DNA of 64,000 bases from a virus, in the IMG/VR virus record IMGVR_UViG_3300029955_000018, positions 7,898 to 71,897 of that record; one strand, written 5' to 3'. Position numbers and translations under genes: made by a program. The notes below the pieces were generated by a model, which saw only the letters and a list, made by a program, of their open reading frames with translations, was not told the origin of the DNA and made no database searches. How positions within the stretch are numbered: position 1 is the stretch's first letter; every line of letters starts with the position of its first letter. Shown piece after piece: positions 61,101-64,000 of this stretch.

Positions 61101-64000
61101 GGGAGAATACCTTGGCGAGATCGGACGCACCCCAGCCGGTGTACTTCGCCAGTTGGGCTTGCTCTTCTGGAGTAGCGGGGCGGTTCTCTGCTTCGCAGGC
61201 TTTCAGGATACGGATGGCCGCGATGTTCTGCTCGGCCTTTTGGCGGGGGGTGCCTTCGCCTAAGCGGTCGGCGTCGGTTAGCTGGTAGTCTCGGCTGTAG
61301 TCTGTGGCGATCTTTCGCCCAGATGCGGCTGATCCTTTTCGCTTGGGAGGAACTCCCGTTCCTGGCTCATCTCCTGCGCCTGGTTCGGCGGTACTCCCTT
61401 GAGGATGAGACTGGCGTACTCCTCCCCGGCTTCCTGGTGCATGCGTTTTACTACCGCTTCCAGCCGGCCGGCTCGTACGAGGTCCGCGTACATTCGGGGC
61501 CGGTTCTCCTTCAGGTGATCCGCCACTTCCTGTTCCCGGCAGTCCAGCTTCATTTTCTTTGGCGCCGTTAGTGGCATGGGGTTGCTCCGATTCAAGTGTA
61601 GGCTCTTTGGCGGGTTTTGCAATAGTACCGTGCTGCGCTTCCAGGATTGCCTTTACCGCTGGCGATATTGTTTTGACGCGCTCCCAGTGCACTGTCTGTT
61701 CTGTCTTGTCGTCGTCGTACTTGACGCGGATGCCGTCGCGGATCCCATCGGGGAAGCGGCGCAGATCGAGCATGGTGACCACCGCAGCGCGCGGCTTCTT
61801 GTCGGGCAGTTCCACGATGACGTGCTGGCCCACGGTGAATTCGTGGGGTAACTCGTGTGGCTTTATTTGTGCAGGAACAGGACCAGCTTCAACTTCTGCT
61901 CGAAGTTTCTTTGCTAACTCTGATTCTTGTTGGGCTTGATCGACAACTGGTTTTCTGGCTTGCGGGTTCAACTTACGAGCTTGGGCGAGAAGATCTTGGG
62001 CTTTCTGGTTGTGAACTTCAATCTGAGAAATGCGGGGATCGGAAACTGCGGAAGAAACTTCTTCTTGTTTGGCCGCCACAGGCGGGAGCGTGGCAGTCGT
62101 GGTTGGCGAAGGGGCTGCAGACTGTGGCTTTTCCACTACAGTTCGGGTACCATCCCCGATCTGAGTTTCCGAAGGTGCGGGCTCAGATTTCTCAGGGGTG
62201 GACGCAGCGGGAGATTGCCGCGCGGGGGATTCATTCGATTTAAGGGCTTCGGGCTTGAGAATCGCATAGGCGTCTACCGGTCTTCGAGTAGAGGCTTTCG
62301 TCTCCTTCACTGCCATGGCGTCGTATGGCGATTCCCTAAGCGCCTGTCCCAGGTTTGTGGCGCGCGTAGCGTCAAAGTCGCCGCCGCGAAGAAGGTCCCA
62401 GAGCTTCACGTCGTAATCGGCGTAGTCCGGATCGGTGATCTTGGCGTCAACTCCACGCGAACGGAAAAGATCGACCCACTCCTGGACGGTCTTCGTTGCG
62501 TGTCCGAACCTCTGCATCTCCGGAGTGGGCGTGGTTTCCTTCCGAAGGTCCAGGAGATTCCGGACGAGGACGTCGTGGCGGGAGGGTGTGCCGTATTCCG
62601 AAGCGTAGCCCTTGTCCGGCGTCAGCCACGATAGAGCGCCCGTATCGCGAGTTTTTGAAGGGTCGATGCTGCCGGTCAGTTCATTCGAACCGTGCCAGAG
62701 CGAGAAAGTACGAGGCGTTCCTTCTCCGGGCTTTTGCGGCTGAGTGGAAGGAACCTGTTCGCCCGGTCCGCCTTGTGCAGGCACTCCCGGTGATTGTACC
62801 GCCGGACCCGTCAATGGAATCTCAGTCTGTTTGCCGTCTTTCCCGCTGAACGTGACACTTGGCAGTGTGATGGTTTGGCCGGTGACGCCAGGGATCGGCT
62901 TGCCCGCATACTGAGCCCCTTCGCCAGGCTTCAGGTAAGCGACGGTGACGTGCGGCTTGTAATCGGGGAAGGTCTCGCCGGTGTGCGGGACATCATGCAG
63001 TTTTGTATTGAGCCGCCCCAGATCGGGCGATTCGACGGCCACCTTGAGCACATCGCCCTCGTCGGTATGAAACAGCGAAGCCGTATCGGCCAGCTTGACG
63101 GTGATCGGGCCTTCGCCCGCCAGGGCCTTCTGAACCGGCAGCGGGTCCGTGCTGGCGTTGCCGTAGCGCACTGTGACGTGCGGCTGCTCTTCGCCTTCTC
63201 CCGACTTGTCGCTGAGTTCGCCGGGGGGAATGGTCCCCGCAAATTCCCGGACTTTCCCGGCAATTCCCGCCGGCAGATTGGCCTGCGTGCTCGAATAGTC
63301 GTGCTCCTCGCCGGCATCGTTTGATGCCGGAAGGGGCGCTACTCGTGGTCCGGTGGCGCCGGGCGTGGCGCTGGCTGCAATTTGAAGTTCGGATCGAGCG
63401 GCGGCAGGCGCTTCGCCAGGTAAAGCATTCGTTCCTTGACTCGTCTGACCACTTCCGGGCGCAGTGGCGGATTCTGCTTGTCTTTGTCCATGGGATAACA
63501 ACTCCTGAACTGCATCTTCTGCGGCGGCGCGGATTTCGGCCTTTGTCGCCGTCTGCGGCCCGATAAAGTCCGGCCGTTCGTCATACACATCCTGTAACGC
63601 GCGAATGTGCGCTTCTTGCTCTTCGATGGCTTCGGCGGGGTCCGGATAATCCGGGCCGAAGTTTCTGGGCGGTCCATTCGCGGCGTCGTTCCGGCCATTT
63701 GTGACGACTTCATCTAAAAGGCTCGGAGAACGGTCTCCATCACTAACCCTATCGCCTATTGCATTCAAGAGCGGGGTCGGCTGGTGCGGATCCAGTTCAG
63801 TGGTCCTGGTGTACACCGTCCGGGCAATGCCGTCGCGCCCGGCGACTATTCGCGCCTGGGTCGTGGATGAAGTTCCAGGGGACTGCTCGGTAGGCCCTGA
63901 AGGAGATTCCTCCGGGGAGACACTACCGATTGTCCCGCCAGTCCCGGAATATCCCACGGCTCCCGGTGAGCCGGCGGCCTTCCACTCGGCTTCGAATTGC
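49111..64000 (-). CDS. Giant polyvalent DarB-like protein, 5'-partial (>4948 aa): 2H phosphoesterase, ART-like, Tudor-like, N6-adenine MTase, SNF2 helicase, HExxH peptidase-like and other domains
   Basis: PHVTV x2; LWHGS...WLTPD..YA; [10 protein letters not shown] and GNVPFG; [24 protein letters not shown]; VILHELGH. Frame stays open to position 64000. Confidence 0.9.
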   Translation of the reverse strand, partial: QFEAEWKAAGSPGAVGYSGTGGTIGSVSPEESPSGPTEQSPGTSSTTQARIVAGRDGIARTVYTRTTELDPHQPTPLLNAIGDRVSDGDRSPSLLDEVVTNGRNDAANGPPRNFGPDYPDPAEAIEEQEAHIRALQDVYDERPDFIGPQTATKAEIRAAAEDAVQELLSHGQRQAESATAPGSGQTSQGTNALPGEAPAAARSELQIAASATPGATGPRVAPLPASNDAGEEHDYSSTQANLPAGIAGKVREFAGTIPPGELSDKSGEGEEQPHVTVRYGNASTDPLPVQKALAGEGPITVKLADTASLFHTDEGDVLKVAVESPDLGRLNTKLHDVPHTGETFPDYKPHVTVAYLKPGEGAQYAGKPIPGVTGQTITLPSVTFSGKDGKQTEIPLTGPAVQSPGVPAQGGPGEQVPSTQPQKPGEGTPRTFSLWHGSNELTGSIDPSKTRDTGALSWLTPDKGYASEYGTPSRHDVLVRNLLDLRKETTPTPEMQRFGHATKTVQEWVDLFRSRGVDAKITDPDYADYDVKLWDLLRGGDFDATRATNLGQALRESPYDAMAVKETKASTRRPVDAYAILKPEALKSNESPARQSPAASTPEKSEPAPSETQIGDGTRTVVEKPQSAAPSPTTTATLPPVAAKQEEVSSAVSDPRISQIEVHNQKAQDLLAQARKLNPQARKPVVDQAQQESELAKKLRAEVEAGPVPAQIKPHELPHEFTVGQHVIVELPDKKPRAAVVTMLDLRRFPDGIRDGIRVKYDDDKTEQTVHWERVKTISPAVKAILEAQHGTIAKPAKEPTLESEQPHATNGAKENEAGLPGTGSGGSPEGEPAPNVRGPRTSRPAGSGSKTHAPGSRGGVRQSHPQGSTAEPGAGDEPGTGVPPKRKGSAASGRKIATDYSRDYQLTDADRLGEGTPRQKAEQNIAAIRILKACEAENRPATPEEQAQLAKYTGWGASDLAKVFSRNDWEIPQDMKPIRKALDELLTPDEFKFAAGSTVNAHYTAPMVVKAMWDAMKHLGMQGGERTLEPSIGSGNFFGMEPEDLRDSGTRTGIDLDPVTGGIAKLLYPGSNVKISGFEKVPLANDFFDVAIGNVPFGNYGVADTEFRGTPAEGFSIHNYFFAKALAKVREGGVVAFVTSSHTMDAVNPRVRQYLAEHADLLGAIRLPHNAFKENAGTQVTTDIIFLRKRAPGTGPAGEPWVDTQEVEAPDKRTNWGSGKVKIPINEYFVKHPEMMMGSMIVRQGYQGRQVNALEGNLTPELLKQAIGKLPKGVIEKPEPKAEAEPDLRRPLSDLPDPSVVKDGGYIHKDGQLLVRDGNELKPAGLDATKTMRVRGILVIRDAWRNVLRAQQEKAPESEQEAARKLLNKAYDSFTRPHGPLNSRDNIIAFRGDPDAPGILGLEDYTPGATADGGVTAAGKKKPRIVLRAATASKSDIFRKSTNVGYVPPETAPDAAAALAIALNEYGGINWKRIQMLTGMEREEAEKALVDAGLVYRNPEGGAFETADEYLSGKVRDKLKAAIAATETDPTYEPNIEALKRVQPDDLGPGDIDARLAGTWIPKDVIAQFLQEKLGVTATIGHSEAIATWNVNPTSGVLDTRNETEYGLKANGWKGHHLVEESLNLRTPTVRKPDPDDPKGEKTVVDPIATAALREKQQLVKDLFRKWIWEDTDRATRLAKIYNDGYNNLRLREFDGSHLKLPGSNAAIQLRPHQLNAVWRMLQGGNTLLAHCVGAGKTYEMIAAAMEMRRLGIAKKPVIIVPNHLVKQWATEFTQLYPNANLFVAGKDTFTGAARPKAMSKIANNDYDAVIVSHASFAKLPVADATFNSWMDQQIKELEDAIYEMKAAEGEKGPTVKDLQKAKKRLEAKLTKRAKRETKDKTLNFEDLGIDQIFYDESHASKALFFSTKMSRIAGIPNRESDRAIDMFLKTQWLTRKRGGAGVVFATGTPISNTMAEMYTVMRFLDTKGLKESGLGHFDAWAAQYGEAVTSLELAPSGAGYRMNTRFARFVNLPELATAFRMFADVQSAEMLKLPTPKLKGGKALAVIAKASDAQKRYIGDDTTPGSLVYRASHLPKGKAAFQKGADNMLAITGDGRKAALDMRLVDPMEWVPQSPEEQGTPENRQQLDAGSRIAFTDPDTQKPMQGYTAEPYDGNSEGRVRVRIGTGDDAKEISVPRNLIKHAMKQAPRADDPDSKLNKAVDKLYNIWKDNTDTLATQLVFCDLSTPKPEGGGFSVYTDARDKLIARGIPADQIAFIHDYDTDAKKKALFDAVNDGAIRILFGSTEKMGVGMNVQKRLIAMHHLDAPWRPSDIEQRDGRIMRQGNRNEEVQIYRYITEGTFDAYMWQLLENKARFIAQVMSGKAGVRNAEDVDGVALTYAEMKGLASGNPLVKEKILTDTMVRRLDTLRSAYENERYQMRRDAAQAPRASENMRAELEQLEADKATKDAADKLWHFDGETFEGDEAAARAGARLHAMLEADRDRFEAAHQAVYNEYHPRYLDLMKRLDAAKLAAAVEGEAYVKGSKARLKEIEEEAKKFHSEYANADSDVTSNWPAIRLGIYRGLGIFTTSSGRGYTDKDNKRTYNLANLVIKGSGKYAASTNEEGNPIGTLASIRYHVEGIDGDIDRLRKRIEEQDKKGKEIRELLARPFEHEAELQRLLKRQTELNNGLDLNKNTAGTQGMEQEKAPEEPEKEPEPKDEEEESAESMDPAAPPAVSKTQINVIRWQPSPGEPENTTGATWYLADNEGARTRNPYDPANNPDTAGYHKISTTVSFTNPLVLPYEERAWMYPTPLGSQVLKALSPIPQNEIEDIAQGYEHGDNADYLSEELGIPEAALHAAIERGRATSDLSGIVDAIAVELLKRRGYDGAFQESEDPGALREVIAIPRGTATAYIASIENPDKRRYAEEYRRYLEGRGPLPDDARHGNLSLKGKQDVQARLQEMAPAPTRAATAMLAAVRKLQTFSGDPISTVQLRRALPRLSKRQFDDAALDLSREQKVTLSRHADPNNITPADRSLLIQDDRHASVSDPFGPEGKAGRQYYVAVAERQPSGETGPESGLRELGHSFWTGSKPNEGPGPLYSRAVPGFYSQLERTIEAKMPARAMPSQVKGILDNPQNGVKPDERKWTGIDDFLNGHHGPVTKQEVMDFVKQNAVEVHETVHGKDVDQARIAELQSQLTQAVEAAKSEEGLKFKAGDRIATVGHAPSKGGYSYSEGRIYEAQPNSHGLLVWKKVDTFGGERSGRSDKFIAELKAAAQHPWLTGVTANVPVSDSQAARAAQSNIARIESDLAKAKEGTGEPTKFQKYKLPGGQNYREVLLTLPQHPTAELGYQSPLALTLPNPPIAERGYQSPHWDEPSVVAHLRMSDYTTADGKKVAVMQENQSDWHEAGRKRGYRGQINPNWRIMPISEAAREYPEVRSWRSTSIGYAVVDTADGGRSAVGIWGPNLPTEQEAREFASRAEEGRVPLAPFSKSWHELVFRRMLRHAVEGGYDKLAWTTGSQQAALYNLAKEVDSIHYSPEEKRFWAVKDGKDVVDKTVEATELPEYIGKELSERLLKAPLDEGTYDRHSLSGKGLTVGGQGMAGFYDQILPQYAAKYVKKWGATVGTVKIPRVSGELHSIDITPAMRESVMQGQPLFRPKLQPSPYAATDPRQYAAADAKYEPGLMNAPGHVYVNRAGAALITRALEDAGYPRQEFHGVTLGPKELGRAIRSLATIARSEAAPIRSRIVSLMREMQAAVAHGGDPVTVVEGGPERPTKEIRATRREEEFHRWQYRLTGADVPSMAWVDLAALKQNPEYLRAFEKEASSDPALSEQAVALELGASFAAGEYDPAKLEEAVKVFAPYYEALVRANGDQMKGIIHYVDPRLRQATLLHLGWEKPAAPAWAGPRRAGPDAGRTGGIRRTGGIDRQTGPLFERAGEHSAPRSSRASVVHASPLLDAILAKYPDSRAATAIASARDDIRKNVNPYALSPDANTAGLSLREHAAQSAQSFARAEKALEEARKMFSTRTWDENLDFINKVETGDPQPTAALQQIADAMRELLDSHRIAVQKLGKNKLTTFYENYFPHLWKRNQEAEGIFRAIFGKRPIEGTKAFLKQRKFQSFQEGVDKGLVPVSENPVDLVLLKAKEMERYILAHRFLNEMKEIGLAKFVGAMSNKKPPEGWVKIPDQIGTVWAPPFLRIPEGHDKQFMDTLLALAKDLGMTVERVAKMRSAWGRAYKGGNKAKTRFAGPESVILHELGHLMDWKYGIADQLVKDPDYKEELRKLADLRLVGNDTAYFQSYIRRGEEKIANMIAAYGHAPKAFERVAPKTFAWFQNFIAAHPELAPLNKLNYGMQIVKHTTEYPTGGFIQTGNYYMPSGAAQIIGNYLSPGLSNKPWYQVLRGASNMMLQFALGFSGFHAGFVTMDAGVSKLALAIQYLAAGKPLEAAKQAVAVPLAPVTNLIRGNKIRNAYLREALNDPELSKYVEAIVQGGGRVSMDAQYRTNLRRVFMDAWRKHNTGMIALTGIPALAELAMWPVLEWLVPRMKLGMYADMVDFELQRMGPGATREQVREAFAGAWDSVDNRMGQLVYDDLFWNRTAKDLMMITVQSVGWNLGTVRELGGAAVDLGRYIRDMGGNDGSRGPGGGSGSGRIGAESAGPAGAPPHPGNPQFTRRMAYALALILLTGTMGAITDYVNTKGRRRPDGSIDDGHERDWRDYFFPRTGNVDEHGHEERMALPGYLKDLVSWYMEPTSSARNKLSPIVRWIAETTANRNFYNERIWDGENNTVPENVLSELKHLGSFFLPMSISGLLREKERGAGAGMQAGQMLGTRTAPAYITRSAAERYMAQYSAEHSRAETPTEAQKLERDMEKAIRANNWAKAIEIAEKGTKEGKITDRQMERAMKAAQTDPLVAEYDRLPLTIAIEASRLMNPEERGRTDVLLDRKLQAAMKTDSPSELHRQLDKMERAGLLE
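61278..61577 (-). CDS. Nested out-of-frame TnpV-like small protein (99 aa)
   Basis: GGAG RBS 7 nt before ATG; [19 protein letters not shown] resembles the TnpV core; lies in a low-complexity linker just upstream of the MTase domain. Confidence 0.6.
   Translation of the reverse strand: MPLTAPKKMKLDCREQEVADHLKENRPRMYADLVRAGRLEAVVKRMHQEAGEEYASLILKGVPPNQAQEMSQEREFLPSEKDQPHLGERSPQTTAETTS

Overview
GC-rich temperate phage DNA with a P22-like head module. The host is probably an Acidobacterium, inferred from small-protein motifs and signal-peptide style; no host chromosomal genes are visible. The late operon runs on the - strand from a NusG-like regulator (18.7 kb) through a dual-frame C5 methyltransferase, serine resolvase, TerS/TerL, a GroES homologue, portal, scaffold, major capsid protein and signal-peptide-bearing virion-region genes, and leaves the window at the left edge. 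It appears to re-enter from the right edge as a >4948-aa polyvalent DarB-like protein followed by lysis genes. With a ParA/ParG pair and no visible integrase, this suggests a circular phage-plasmid. Main discovery: the major capsid gene is split by two tandem ORF-less group I introns (5498-5878 and 5210-5458) around a 39-nt microexon. Splicing at the predicted U.G and omega-G sites restores an in-frame 423-aa P22-type coat protein. Also notable: a 105-bp inverted repeat 11.3 kb apart containing a perfect 16-bp palindrome, an intact IS1-family element (IRs plus 8-bp TSD) carrying a proteasome-beta-like passenger gene, and RBS-preceded small ORFs nested out of frame inside the giant gene. All calls come from manual reading and motif recognition; no database searches or folding programs were run.
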